64,000 nucleotides of DNA, taken from contig JAQGDQ010000060.1 of NCBI GenBank assembly GCA_030141605.1, forward strand, positions 124,001-188,000, read 5' to 3'. Numbering within the stretch: the stretch's first letter is position 1; each line of letters opens with the position of its first letter. The notes under the pieces are model-generated. The model made no database searches. It saw nothing but the letters and a program-made list of their open reading frames with translations, and was not told the origin of the DNA. The position numbers were made by a program, and so were the translations under genes. Of the stretch, positions 26,446 to 40,057 are shown piece after piece. This DNA is from Tubiluchus corallicola. Lineage: Eukaryota > Animalia > Priapulida.

Positions 26446-29400
26446 AATAGCCAGGGCCAAGCCAAGCCCAGGATCACTAGTTGTCCAAATCCATCAAAGG
26501 GGCTAAATTTATTTTTCGTTGAAACAACGTATCTGGGCAGATTTTCGCATCACTGATACCAATATTTCTTCTACCAAGGTACCAAACTTGGCACCCAGCC
26601 AACATGTTAAAAGCGGCTCAAAGGTAAATGCGTATTAAACATGAACACAGTCAGGGGATGTTTGTTAACAGAAGCAGGGAATCAATACTAATCAAGATCA
26701 CACAAAGACTCACTCACATGGTGTCACATGAGAAGCTAATTTAGAAGCTGGTGGGTCCTTTGTACAACCCATCTTACACCTTTACTGTGATCAAAACAAC
26801 GTAAGCATACAAAATTTGCGGCTGCAGTAAGATAGAACTAAGTCAGAAAATCTGCCACATTGTTAACAATGTCAAAGTCAGTAATTAAATTTGCAGACTA
26901 GGTGACTTTATAGTCTTTTCGCTAGCCCTTCTCTATATCTATCTATCTATCTATTGTAACCATCCTTCACCACCCATGTACTATAATGGTGTGGTTGTTG
27001 CGAGTGGAGCAGTGGGTTGGTGTGGTGTGGTGTGGGTGGTGTATTGTGAGTGGGGTGGTGGGTGGTTGCGTGTATGGTGTGTGGTGTGGTTCAGATTGTT
27101 GTTGTGAGTTTATACGCAAAATTGTTTTTGCAGGGTTTGGCTAGTTCTGTTATTAATTATGTTTTACTGATGTTCTAACGAGAAATATAAATAGAATTGA
27201 ATTGAATATGGTTTCTATCACCCACAACACTTCATACATTTAAAAGCTAGAACAGGCTCAAAAACGCGAAAAGCCAACATAAGAGAAATTTCATCCAAAC
27301 CAAAATGCGGTTGTGAAAAATTTACAAAGACACTTTTCATTAATATAGATAAAACTTCAGAGCAACTACCAATAATTAAAAATCTATATAAATCAATTAA
27401 CTTTAATTTGCATATAATTTAAACACAATTGTTTTTTTGTAAAAATAAACACTGCAATGTTTAACGGTATTATTGTAGTGGTGGACGCAGGACTGGTTCA
27501 TGACTTTCTGCGACCCATAGACTAATCAAATCATGAGGACCCCTCTCAGATAGAGTCACGCTTTAATTCGCCTGCACCCATTTTAAATATTTTCATTAAT
27601 GATGTATTTTAGGAACATTTACGTAACTTGAAGTGAACTTGTTTGCAAATTGTTTAAACAAATGAAAATAGCTATTTTCCGTTTGTCAATAGAAGCATTC
27701 GTTAAGAAATACTACTACTTTACTATTTATTCCAAACCAAATCACCACTACATATCACCACACACCTCATACGCTACGAAAAACACATTTTTACCAAATG
27801 TTTCCAAAGCTTGAGGGCCCTAGGCTGCAGCCTATGCGAGCCTATAGGATAATCCGGAGCTTGGTGCATAGGCACGACAATTTTAATAAACTTTATTAAA
27901 GATTTAAGAAATTAAGAAACTATCGTAATCTTCAGTCAAGTGAAAGCAAAACATTTCACCTGCTGAATTTCACACCACGCCTATCAATTACGGGTAAAAG
28001 CTTTAAAAACAGCATCAACTCAAAGCCTTGACCGATTCATGATCTAATACTTCCAAATGTTAGTAAACTACACTAGCAAAGAACATTAATCTACCACATT
28101 TGCTAAACGGAACAAGTCTACTGACCACTAATGATTTTCCTTTTTCAATCTTCGAGGCGGATTTTAATTAATGTAAGACCCTGAGAAAATAACAGTGCAG
28201 GAAAACACCTTTCTAATCAATCACAACTGTCAATTTAAAAGATCTCTCATATTGCCACAAGGGTCGGAAAAAAAGAAAGCATCTAATGAATGAGGATTAA
28301 ACGGAATTGGTCTGACATAACAAAGCTCTCATAAATACCAACTGATTTGCGATGTTATGTCAGAGCAGAAATCAGCCTTTGATAAAAAAAATTTGCGGAA
28401 GTTTTCTCATATTTCCTGGAAAAATAAACATTTGTAGACTCGGTGACGCAAATTCAGTGGAAGTATTGGAATCACTCCAATAACCAATCAGTTGAAAATG
28501 GTGCATCTAGCGATTAAACAGGCATACCCCACAATAGTGATGGGTGATTTTGAAATTTTGCAATTCGACTATAATCTTGTTCTTGTAATTCTATATCACG
28601 ATTAATCTTTCGCGGCGATTTTTAGTGTTTTAGACAATATGATTGCACCGAGTAAGCATATAAACGTCTTCACAGCTTTTGTTGCTGTCTGCCATTTTCG
28701 TACTCGCAAACACGTGCACGCTTTTTCGCTAACTTATCTGTGACTATGTCACTACATGCGTCATCTGGCAACGAATTTGAAGCCCTCAGTTTGAAAAAGA
28801 CAAAGAAATACGCGAGGATTCCGTTTACCTGTGCTAAAACACTTCTTTTTACTCAGTGTACGTTTTGCTCCAGATTAATTGAATTACTGTTCAATTGCCG
28901 ATCATATCGATTTATACATGATTGTAATCACGATTAATGTATTAACGCCCATCACTACTACCCAAATTCTTGACGTGGCGTGAAGCCATTGGTTCTTTTC
29001 CACTGGCAACACCTGTGTTCAAATTTATTCTAACACCAAGTACTGTAGCTACAAAATCGATAATGACTCGACTGAGATTCATACATCTCATGCTACTATA
29101 CATTTAACCCCCCGGGGAAAGTTTTTAAATACCTCACATAGCTCAGTCGCCTACGCGTGATAGGTGTTGTATACGCTCTGGTCAATTCACCAGCTATTCT
29201 GACATTAGAAGTACACTGTATTCTGCAATCTATTTGCAGTACGCGAGTTCTGTCTCTGCGGGATTCATTCATTCACTGTGATAAGCTCGGCAAAACAAAA
29301 ACCACAGTTAAGCTTCCTCTCGACGGTATCAAGCATTATTGCAGTCTAGCTGGTCTTGTAAATCTTTTTTAATCCAGACAACTGTCTTTCTTTGTTCAAA

Positions 29401-30708
29401 CACATTCATTTAAATATACAGAATTGTCAATGAAACAGCAAGCTGCTTAATTCAAGATTCTTCTGTTTAGGTATTAAAAAATTACTACCCACTCGCACCC
29501 ACTACAAAGACAATTAAATTAAAGATACACTTAGAATTATAAAAAGAAAATTACTTACTTTTACACATAAGTAATGAAATAACTGATGTCCTTCGGACAG
29601 ATTATCTTAGAACAAGAAAGAGCTTAAGAATATGCTACAAAAATGATACGACTAGCCAGGCACAACTTGAACAAGATAAACAATCCCACGCGAATTATTA
29701 TAGTTAAATTTGCCATTTTGAGGACCCGTATTTCAAAAATAAGCAGACTGAGATAACTAACAGAGTTAGAGAAATCATTTGATCCACAAGTATAAGTATC
29801 TTCATTTATCCCCTTTTTACAGGAAGAAAAACACAGTGCATAAAACTATAATATGATGCAATGTAACAAATTATTATGATTATTAATTTATCTGAGATAT
29901 GATATTAAACTGATTGGCGAAAGGGTGGCGAAGAACTAAAATTTATCAAAGTCAACCACCCTATAAGTAATGTTGCTATTAGTAATTAATTATGTGCACA
30001 ATTATCAAGACGAAACTTTCAGAACTAGGTATGATAAATTTTTACATATAGAGCATTACTAAGTTGTTAAGTAAATAAAGGAATGGTTAGTGTACTAAGA
30101 TTGAACAATGAAATTTGAGTTTAAAATTTAACATACATAACAAGCACATAAACACATAATAAATACATATAATGTTGACATGGTAAGAAAACATGGATCT
30201 CAGAATCCACAAACGAGGATCTTACATGTTTCAGTAACGGAGCAAGCATTAGTTTATAATGTCAACTGTCTTTAACAACATTAGCTGGTACAATATTATA
30301 CAGATGTGAAGAAATGAAAGAACTAGTGATCTTATACACCAAAGCAGTATGGTACGGTCAGACAGTTTCGCGTGACTTCAGTATTTTAGCATATATATAT
30401 CTAAGCTTATCTCATTTTATGTAGTCTGCACCTTATATTCAGTTTACCACGGTAAATCACAGCAAGCAGTTATTCAATTACAAACACAACCTACCTGTCG
30501 GTAGGAAGCACAAACAATTTAATGATTAGTTAGTTTTACAAATCAATATTTACTAAGATACTGTATGTAACAGGTGTGTAACAGGTATACATGAATTTAC
30601 AATTAACAGATGAAACTTTCAATTGTTTTCAACTCACAACACCGAATTTAACTTACACTATTATAAAAGTTATATATCAGATTTCTTACAGATATTTTTC
30701 AATCATAC

Positions 30709-30835
30709 CTATAGTTTTGGTGAGTGAATTTCTATTGCTAAACGAGTCTGTAGCAAATCTGAATAATGTACTTGTCTTCCCTACTGCAGAGTCACCTAGC
30801 AGCAGTATTTTGAAAACGGGGTAGCAATCTTTCAT
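30709..30835 (-). CDS. Rab10: Duplicated, diverged alternative first coding exon (1b) of Rab10: MKDCYPVFKILLLGDSAVGKTSTLFRFATDSFSNRNSLTKTIG
   Basis: ATG at 30835, 127 nt with no stop, intact P-loop GDSAVGKT, ends ACT ATA G|gtatga in the same phase as exon 1a; ctacag acceptor 3 nt before the ATG. Confidence 0.8.
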
Positions 30836-31678
30836 TATCTGTAGGCAACCGAATGACACCACTGAGACTGAGTATTAGCACAGCCACAATCCATTGCTGT
30901 CTATATACTGATCAGTAATCACAATACTATGTACGATGTATATAATCAAACAACTAATAAAATACCGTATGAAAACTGTCTAATGATATTATATTTATAC
31001 ATGCAAATGATAGTTTAATAAATGTATGTCGTTGTGGTGACATGTTTACAAATGCCAAAGTTTAAACAACATGGTTGGTCATCCAACAAGCAGTATGAAG
31101 CAACCGAGTGATGATTTGTTTGCAAATGATAAAGTCTACCTAAACAGGAATATTTGGGTGATAACAGCATAGCAGTTAGAAATTGGTTTTGCAAAAAAAG
31201 CCACTGACCACTGGCATCTAGTAAATCTGACACTATCGCTGGCACATTCGTAAATTTGCACATTTGCTCTGTGCACTATGTGCTAGTAAACGATACACAG
31301 AGAGTTTATTATCAAGTTTGCATGATTGTAGAAATGAAATTCTCAATTCAGATTAAAGAAAAAAAGTGCTCAAGAAGTCACTTTTCAGCAAATGACATTT
31401 CATGTATCACGACTTATTATAGATAGAACTAAAGTTTGTGAAAAAATGCCACAAACTGCCTTTTTTGTACAAAAGAATATTAAAGTAATATTCTTTAATA
31501 ATATAGCAATATTGCGTAATATTGCTATACTTGATGCGAGTTGGTTAAATTCTCATACGTCTTCTAGAAGACAAGATGACAGGTTAAACCTGACAGCCTG
31601 GTAAAAATAATTAACCATGTATTGTACATTGTTTAACAAAATGAGGTTATAAGTTCATTCCATACATGTGTTATATAT

Positions 31679-31856
31679 CCGAATTATATTAATACGGCTA
31701 AACACATGGTCTTTGAATATATACGTTAAAGTGTATGTGTATATACATATACACACACACGCGCGCGCGCGCACACACACACACACACACACATATATAC
31801 ATACACTTTAACGTATATTCAAAGACCATGTGTTTAGCCATATTAATATAATTCGG
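31679..31856. repeat. Short hairpin: ~60-bp inverted arms around a (CA)n(CG)n(CA)n loop
   Basis: ccgaattatattaatacggctaaacacatggtctttgaatata... and ...tatattcaaagaccatgtgtttagccatattaatataattcgg are reverse complements. Confidence 0.9.
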
Positions 31857-31901
31857 CTAATATATATAATATATAACACAATATATATACATACATACAC
31901 A

Positions 31902-31940
<39 letters not shown>

Positions 31941-34000
31941 CATACACTAAAACGTATATACTTTAAAACATGAGAACAAAAGCAAATTGGACATTCAACT
32001 GTGACTCAAGTCTCCAAGTATGAATAACAAAGAGGCCTACCTTCAAATAAATGTATTTGTACAATGGCGGGTGCAGCGTTGGAGTTGCTTGCAACAATTT
32101 CAAGTAGGCGATATGCATGTGACCTTAATCTACTATATGAACGATTTAGTCAACAGGTAAGTGCAAACAAACAAAGAGAAAATTGTCCAGATCACCTAGC
32201 AGGTGCATAACGAGCTGCCATGACTCATGAATATAAACATTTATTGTGCTCACGAATCGAAACTTCTGTAATCATGATGAACTTACAAAAAGTTGGTCTA
32301 ACATTCTGATTGAAATGCTACTTAAGAAGTTCAGATATATACGATTTATTGAATGATTATTAAGCCTGATATTTTCATGTTGCAATGCGTATTTGCAAAG
32401 AAAACCTTCAAATTAGATATTTTCATATCATACAAAATATATGTAGCCTTTTTAGTGGTGAAATTCAAAAAGTACTACTTGTAAAATCTACGAAAAATCT
32501 GAAATTATTTTTATTGATACATTCTCCTTCTTTATGCAGATTTAACTTACAGGACAAAACTTTCAAAAAAAGGTTAGTCTGCCCAGTTATAATAAACTCG
32601 GTTTCCGATGTTCAAGGCGTCATGAAATCTTCGCGAACTTAAAACAATATTTTTACAGCACAGCTACTCAGTTCCATCTGGTAATTCTGGTTAGCTGTGA
32701 ATTAACCACGTGATTCTTGTGGCACGAAAAAAGTAATGTGGGATCACTTACTAAAAAATCAAGTGAGTGATTTTTAAAAATCACCACTAACATAAGTCAT
32801 GCACATTCTTATTTCAACGGTTGACCTTCTATTTTACATCAACTGACTTTTATATTTCATTACGACAACAAAAGTGATGAAAAATCATTTAGTGAATTTG
32901 ACTAATGAGTATGCAATCACCATAGTAGTAGTGAGATAGAGCTTAATGTTTAGCAAAGTGTATGATCGAAGTCTCTTCAAATCACACTGTGTACTGCAGC
33001 TCTGCCTTACTGAAGATCCTAAAATCAAAATCCGATGCTTAAAAGATTTTGCTTGGTGACATACCTAAAATCCTATTGAATGACGGTTGTACTCGATGCA
33101 AATAATAATAATAATGAAGCATGACTGGAATTGATTTCACTGCCAAAGATAATCCTCTTAGACAAAACACGGCTAAACACATTGTCTTTGAGTGAATCTA
33201 GTTCTACTTGCTTTGTCGTCTAGAAAGTAAGCAACCTGGGCAAATTTATGTTAAAGAACAGATGTAATCTTAATCGGCAAACAGCAAAACCAACAACAGG
33301 CTACATAAATATCATCATTATTAAATTTTAGAATTCTAGTAGCTTCCAATGTTACAGGTTTAAGGAATGTTTTCAGGTAGCGCATTGTCATAGACATAGA
33401 AGTGTCAAAAAACTATGAGCAGACATCACCATAAAACACTTTGCCACAAAAATAAATTAATGCAATTACTATGCTTTTAAGGAATAGAGGTCATTTGCAT
33501 CAGGACGAATTGTGTTAGATTAAAGAATTAAAGTTTTCCAATATCGACGTGGCATAACATCATATGCACAATGAGCAATACAGATCATAGAAACAACCAA
33601 ATTATAATGGTAATGTATTAATTTAAAATGTGTATATTACCAATTCAATCCATGACATTTGAGACATCACTTGATATTTAAATTTACCAAGCTATATGGG
33701 TAAATTTTTAACTGCTAACCCACTCGCCTGCATTTTCTACACACTACCTATAAGAAACCTTTCAAGCTAATGTTATAACCACTTAGTCAACAGTACTGTC
33801 TTTTCCGACTGGCCATCATGATTATATTAAATGCAGTTGTTACAATTTCTCTGGATCCACACGCAGACAACACCAGACTTTAATTTAAAAAATACTGGAA
33901 ACCAGAGAAGTACTTCTTATCACTCAGTCACCCAGAGTTTCAAAATTCAAGGCTGCATGATGTTTGTCATAACATGCCGAAAATTCAGAAAATGTCTTAC

Positions 34001-34127
34001 CTATTGTTGAGATAAATGATTTGTTAAATGATTCATCTGAAAATCTAAATAATATACACGTTTTTCCTACTCCGGAGTCCCCAATTAGTAATAATTTGAA
34101 GAGCAAATCATAAGTCTTTTTCGCCAT
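34001..34127 (-). CDS. Rab10: Rab10 canonical exon 1a ([43 protein letters not shown])
   Basis: Rab10 N-terminal signature; donor ATA G|gtaaga; 127 nt. The six exons total 603 nt = 200 aa + stop. Confidence 0.98.
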
Positions 34128-34349
34128 CTTTATTACAGTTCGTGCGATTTACCCACTGGGATCAAAACATGAAACAATCTTCAGTTTTAGCGCTTCAAAT
34201 AAAGGCACAGAATCACAGATGCAAACGTTGCTATATCGCAAATTCTCGCAAAAACCTCAATAATAAAGTGATCCTCCCTTGATGAGTAATTTATCACAAA
34301 ACTATTTGAATTTTTTACATTTTCTACAACGTTCACTCACTCCACTAAT

Positions 34350-34430
34350 GTCTAGACGTCATGTGACCGGATATAACATGTCGTCATCCGAATCGTAACG
34401 TCACGCCCGACATATTTCCGGTTGCCGTAT
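34350..34430 (-). promoter_or_regulatory. Putative Rab10 proximal promoter (E-box/CLEAR-like, CRE-like and ETS motifs)
   Basis: Local CpG-rich patch ~230-300 nt upstream of the ATG with GTCATGTGAC (34358-34367), GACGTCA, ACGTCAC and TTCCGG. Confidence 0.55.
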
Positions 34431-36754
34431 TTCTCTTTATTTCATGAGAAATGATTAAAGAAATTTATCATTATTAATTTTGTTGTGGGAAAAATAAATT
34501 CTTTGTTTTTGTAAAACTCAGTATAAATTTCACTATCTCTATTTTACTGAACTATATCACTGCCTTTCACTTAAAACTCTTTGTTGAAAATAATTATTAC
34601 TACAATTATTAGACCTATAATTACCGTAAACTTTTGTTTGCCCGCAATGTAGCTGCTTTTGTTTATTTATGCACTTACTTTTCATGCGAAATTAATAATA
34701 AAACAACTCCACAGTGAACTGAAAATCCACGTAATTAAAAAATTGATAAAGTTTACTTTCTGTTGCTCCACTCTAGCCGTTCTGTGACTGTGTCCAGTGA
34801 TTCTTAGTTCCTCTCTCGAATTTTTACTTTCCGTACTTCTAACTTAATCTAATCATTATATGGTAACTTATTAAAAACCGATTTAACAGAAATAATAGCT
34901 TCTCGCCGTTAATTTCAATTGTGATTAAATGACATCCCTATATCATCATCAGCGATATCACCAAATAGAAAAAATGGCAGCTATGTCCTTTTCATTGTGA
35001 TGTATTTACGTGTACTATTTTTACCTGCATTCATAATTTTTGGGCCCCTGCAAAAAGAAACCATCATTAGAATTTTCTGAACAGTGATTAGTATTAGTGC
35101 AAAAACAGTCGAAACTAACTAAGGGCTAATTTTTTGTGAATATGTTTTTTTTTATTTTGGCTAAAAGTGCACTTTTGATCTTAAGAACAAAAAGGGCGGG
35201 GACTCAATCCTCTTAGCCTTACCCCTGTGCACGTGTCTGCCCCACACCCATTGCAAACAAAATAATCCGCTCAATTGTCAAACTACAGAGCTGTAGGACA
35301 CAGGTCTACGATACAATTAAGGTAGGCCAACCCGTTTTGAGGTGAACTCCTTGAAAGCCTCACTGTGATGACAAAAAGTAGTAGTCACTTGCGGAGTGCC
35401 ACACCCATACCTACAAGGCTACGAGGTGCCGTGGTCGAAAATCACGTTTCTGATGAGGAGGCAAATTTCGTCACAAGTTCTTGGATAATTGACTATAACT
35501 GCTTGTAGTGTGTTATTTCTGTGTGTTAACAATGTAAATAAATACTCTTCAAAAATTTGTATTATCCATTCCATTTTTGTTTTTGTTCTTTTTCTTAAGC
35601 TGTACTTGTTTTTCTTGTTTTTTAGTTGTTTAATTTTTTTAATTCAGTCACTATGCTTGTCACTAAGAACTAATTTATGTTACAATCCTATACAGCTATA
35701 TGAAAAAAGAAAGATTACTTCACAATGTTTATTCAAAATCTTTGAAAACATAATGCAATGTTTCCTTAACATAATGCTTCAATTTATTTACAAAACTAAT
35801 CAGTTTGATGGCGTCTTCACAAACACTTGATAATTTGTCATGAACAACTGTATACCTGTATTCCCGTTACTGGCTAACATATAGGGACTCTATTGCAGAC
35901 GTCTTCTTGCGCCATCTATTATGATTCATGTAAAATATATATTTGTTGCTCTCAATGATAACAAATTCACAGCAAAGGCAAAAACTGTAACTACGGTGTA
36001 ACAACTCAAGCAATGTGGGAACAACAAAGGTGTCAGTGTTATTCTTTCATTTATTACAAAGTTATCCGAAGTGAAGCAAACTCAAATATCATTGTATAAT
36101 TATAACAATATTAAAAATCTAAGGAAGCAATTCGGATTCAAATTTGGTTTGATTTTTTTCTGGTAAGCTAAGAAAAAGCACAACTATTTATTTCTACAAT
36201 CATAATGTAAATTTAAAAAAAGCTTGTACGATTGGAATTTTATTAAAATATATGTAAACCATTGCATTTACACATTTGTAACAAGGTGGTTATAGAATGA
36301 TGCAAACTAGGGGTGAACATCAAATGATCGAACAATCGAATTAGATTGAGTTTTTTTAATTCGAATTTGGTTTGAACCTAAAGCTATAGATTCGAGTAAT
36401 TCAGCACATCAGCCACATATCATTAAAATGTTTGAGCAGCACGCAATTAGCACAATTTAGCCACAGTTTCTGTGCAAAATATATAATGAAATAATAGTGG
36501 TTTCACTGCAGAACAAAATTAAGTACTATGCACGATCTTTTTAAGTCCAATTTTTAATGTTATGTTGATTTGAAGTGAGATATTACATCTAAATATTGTT
36601 GTAAAAATAAATATACAATATAAAGTCTATAAGTTCTTGCAGCGGCCTAGCTACCTCTGCGGTCACAATTAAAAATATTTCACATATTGCGGTTGAAAAT
36701 TTATGATGCGAGAATTTTGTTCTTTGTTTCTGAAATAATACAATGGTATTGGTA

Positions 36755-36906
36755 AAAAAGTCTTTTCACAGTTCCAGCGATTGACGATGATAGTGAAAAG
36801 ATCAAAGATTAAGTGTACCAGACAACACATTTGTGTACACTTGACAACGCCTCGCAGCCCATGCTTATTGTAACAGTAACAGTTTTAACAGTTAGCTAGA
36901 ACCTTA
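36755..36906. repeat. Interspersed repeat; inverted copy at ~50039-50185
   Basis: ttttcacagttccagcgattga..tttgtgtacacttgacaa..cctcgcag..gctagaacct is the reverse complement of the 50.0-50.2 kb segment. Confidence 0.75.
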
Positions 36907-37523
36907 CCTAGTTCATTTTTTTCTTGTTACCAAGCAAAATCCTGCCAGTAAATCACTCTTTGCACAGACTAGTGCATAATTAAGTAAAGTTCAAATAAAA
37001 CAACTGATGTTACTGAACTGATGCCGGCAGATGGCTTTGCTTTACACACGTCACGTGACGATTGTAGTTAAGACAAGTTGCTGTGACACACTTAATCTTT
37101 GAACAACAGCAGCTGTGCATGCGGCGTGCGCACAACAAAACTGTGAAAAGGCTTATTATTCTAATCTCCATACTTGTTTGTTTTTAATATCGCATAACAT
37201 GCTCTTGTAATTTCAGAACGATTGTTTACCTCATTACACACACTCCTAGAGCATCTATAATCACAATCAATCACATTTATATATTACTTAAGATTATGAA
37301 TAATTCAATATGATTATTTGATTAAATATGATTAAATAATAAGTAGTTATCTGCTGTCATCAGTACTCTTTTCACTAAACAACAGGTTACTGATTGTGTA
37401 TAAAGGCACACCTCATTGAAAAGTGCAATCAGAAATATAGTACAGAGAAAAACGTAATGCTCTTTATAGTCTCAAAGGTTATAATATTTATTCAGTAGCT
37501 TTTGCCCTAGCAGTCCTCATCAG

Positions 37524-37924
37524 TAGGGCTGAACATTCTCTACCAGAAAGCAAATTCGAATGTGTGACTTTTGAACTCGAATCAAACCAAACTTCAGTAT
37601 TTCGAATTCGAACTGAGATTCAAAGATTTTCGAACAAGTTTTCGAACCACCAATAAAAGTTAGTCTTACAAAGATCATGCATATTACTCGATTTTGTTCT
37701 ACAGTAAAACCACTTATAATTCGTTTAAAATTGTGCACAGAAATCACAGCTGAATTATGCTAATCGTATGATGTTTCAATCGTTTTAATGATAAGGAATG
37801 TATGTGAGTGAAGTGCTGAATTATGAGAATCTATAATTTTAGGTTTGAATCAAATTCAAACTAAAAAAAACTCGTTCGAATCAAATTCAAACGTTCAAAC
37901 TCGAACGCTCGATGCTCGCCCCTA
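37524..37924. mobile_element. hAT-type MITE (ttcgaa-rich family; other copies 44617-45032 and an inverted fragment at ~36308-36560)
   Basis: TIR tagggctgaacat / atgctcgccccta; 8-bp TSD ctcatcag/ctcaacag (1 mismatch). Confidence 0.85.
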
Positions 37925-38282
37925 CTCAACAGCTGAAAATAACAGATAAAATGTTAATGCAGCCATATTGGATTAACGTTCTTACATTGGTACACACTGT
38001 TTCATCTGTTTTTTTAGCTGCTGAGGCCCGTTAAAGCGAAAGCTACTGAATAAATATTATAATCATTGAGACTATAAAGCGCATTACGTTTTTCTCTGAT
38101 AATGGTGACAAACCTCAAGAGAGCTCTCTCGTTATTTCAAGAAATATAGTAACTCAAAGTATAATTTTTGTCACTGAAATTTATCATTGAGCCTTTAGTC
38201 TAGTTTGGTAAATGAGTTTTTTGCACTGTCATACTCTATACAACATATCTCTCTATCGTATCTATAAGATACGCAATTAGTG

Positions 38283-38544
38283 TTACAAAAACAGGCAGAG
38301 CTGACTGCTGCTTTCAGAGAAATAGTGCATAAGCAAATGCAACAAAGATAACAAAGTAAAAATGGAGCAAGGTGAAATCGCTGTATGCATTTTCGCACTC
38401 GAGTCATAACCACAAGGCAAATCGACATGCTGTTGAATGGACGGACATTGGGCTCCATCAAAATCATTTGCCAGAGACTCTCTTAATACATCACTGTGCT
38501 GGCAGGTGGCGTCCAAAACTAGATATTCTCCCACATCCACAATA
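38283..38544 (-). CDS. Cache-domain (alpha2delta/CACHD1-family) gene, last exon, Cys-containing with a GPI-signal-like hydrophobic tail
   Basis: cttacag acceptor, phase 2; ...CPSIQQHVDLPCGYDSSAKMHTAISPCSIFTLLSLLHLLMHYF...LFL*. Confidence 0.8.
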
Positions 38545-39379
38545 CTGTAAGCAAAGAATACAAGTAAACAGCTTAGCCAAAACTATTAACCAAAAAACAT
38601 TGTTATCAAATAGGATGATAGAAAAGGCTACAATTAAAGTTAGTCAGTGTCAAGCCTAGTTAATAAGTGGGAAGATGCTGTGCAGTTACCCCGAAGCCCC
38701 ACACGCATAGGTGCCATATGTTAATCTGTTGTTGTGAGTTGCTGTTGATAATATTACACTTTACTAAACTATAAATATTTGTTATTCTTTTACAAATGTG
38801 TGTGTTGAACACTTGATTAATGATAAATTATTCATCGTAATTTCATACTGTACCAACTCCGTAGCATTTATATGTTGAAGTCTTCCAAGGCTCGTTATAA
38901 TTGTTCAAATGTTTGTGCTGATTAATCTTTGCTGTACAGCACGTTTTTCAATTCTTAAACATTGATTTTGTTGGAAGTAGTAATACAGTAAATATATGTT
39001 TTTTTTATTCCTGTTAGTTAGTGGTTGTGTAGGTAAAGGCGTCAGTGCACCGCTTTGCCCGGGGGACTATAACGCTGCTAAGACGGATCTGATTGTGGCG
39101 GATCTGCGATGGATGATTGTCCACCAAAACTGTTTCTAGGTGGTGGTTTAATCTGATACTGCTCTGACTGATTACCTAGTTTAGCGACAACATATATGAA
39201 TCCAAATATGGCCAAGACATTTTAACTAGTCGATTGTGAATTAGCTTTCAGGCCCGCCTCAACCAGCTACATCAAGCAGGTCCAGTACTGGATCCCAGCA
39301 CAAAGGCTGCAAACTGCTAAAGAAAACTTTAGGCAAAAGGTCGACAATGTAAGAAATTGCGATCACAAGAAAATCCTAC

Positions 39380-39545
39380 CTTTGTAATATGCGGCAGTTA
39401 AAGTTGAAAGGCTGGTTGCTGGTGTCAATTCGGTTGACCACGAACAGAAAGTACAAATTTGTGGACGGAAGAGGAGCAATGTAATACGTTCCCGAGGAGC
39501 AAGGACCATGCATGTTTCCACTTATAATACCACTTTGGGAAGAGT
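39380..39545 (-). CDS. Cache-domain gene exon (SSQSGIISGNMHGPCSSGTYYIAPLPSTNLYFLFVVNRIDTSNQPFNFNCRILQ)
   Basis: tttcag acceptor and AG|gtagga donor; phase 1-2; C..Y.I..LP.TNL.FL motif of alpha2delta/CACHD1 C-terminal regions. Confidence 0.88.
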
Positions 39546-40057
39546 CTGAAATATCATGATAAAATTGTTAATCTAATAAGCAATATAGTCTAATTTGCAA
39601 TACTGTGCTTTTCAATCAAGTTTCAAGGTCATTTAGGATTATAAACAAAATTGAACATTCTTCGAATTCTATAGAAAAAGAAAAAGCCGTTACTCGTATT
39701 AATATTAGCGAACTGCTTCTGCTAAATCATGTAAATTGGTTAGACCGAGGTGTAATTATCTATGAACCGTAAAATTGAGCATCAGCGCTGACAGTCTCAA
39801 TTTTGTGTGAACTAAAAAGAAAATGGCTTATCAATAATGGCACAACTTCAGCAACATTCCATGGATTTACGAGGGAAAGGAGCAATTAGAATGGGCAGTA
39901 GAAACCTCTTTCTGTAAGCATGTCTACGCTACTTAAACTTAATTTGTTTAATTAAGTTTTAATTAAGTTTTAATTAAGACTAATAAGGTTTTATTAGCAA
40001 AAGAAATTTCAGTAATCAGCAAAGACATTCACTATCTAAACAATTTCAAGATCTCAC

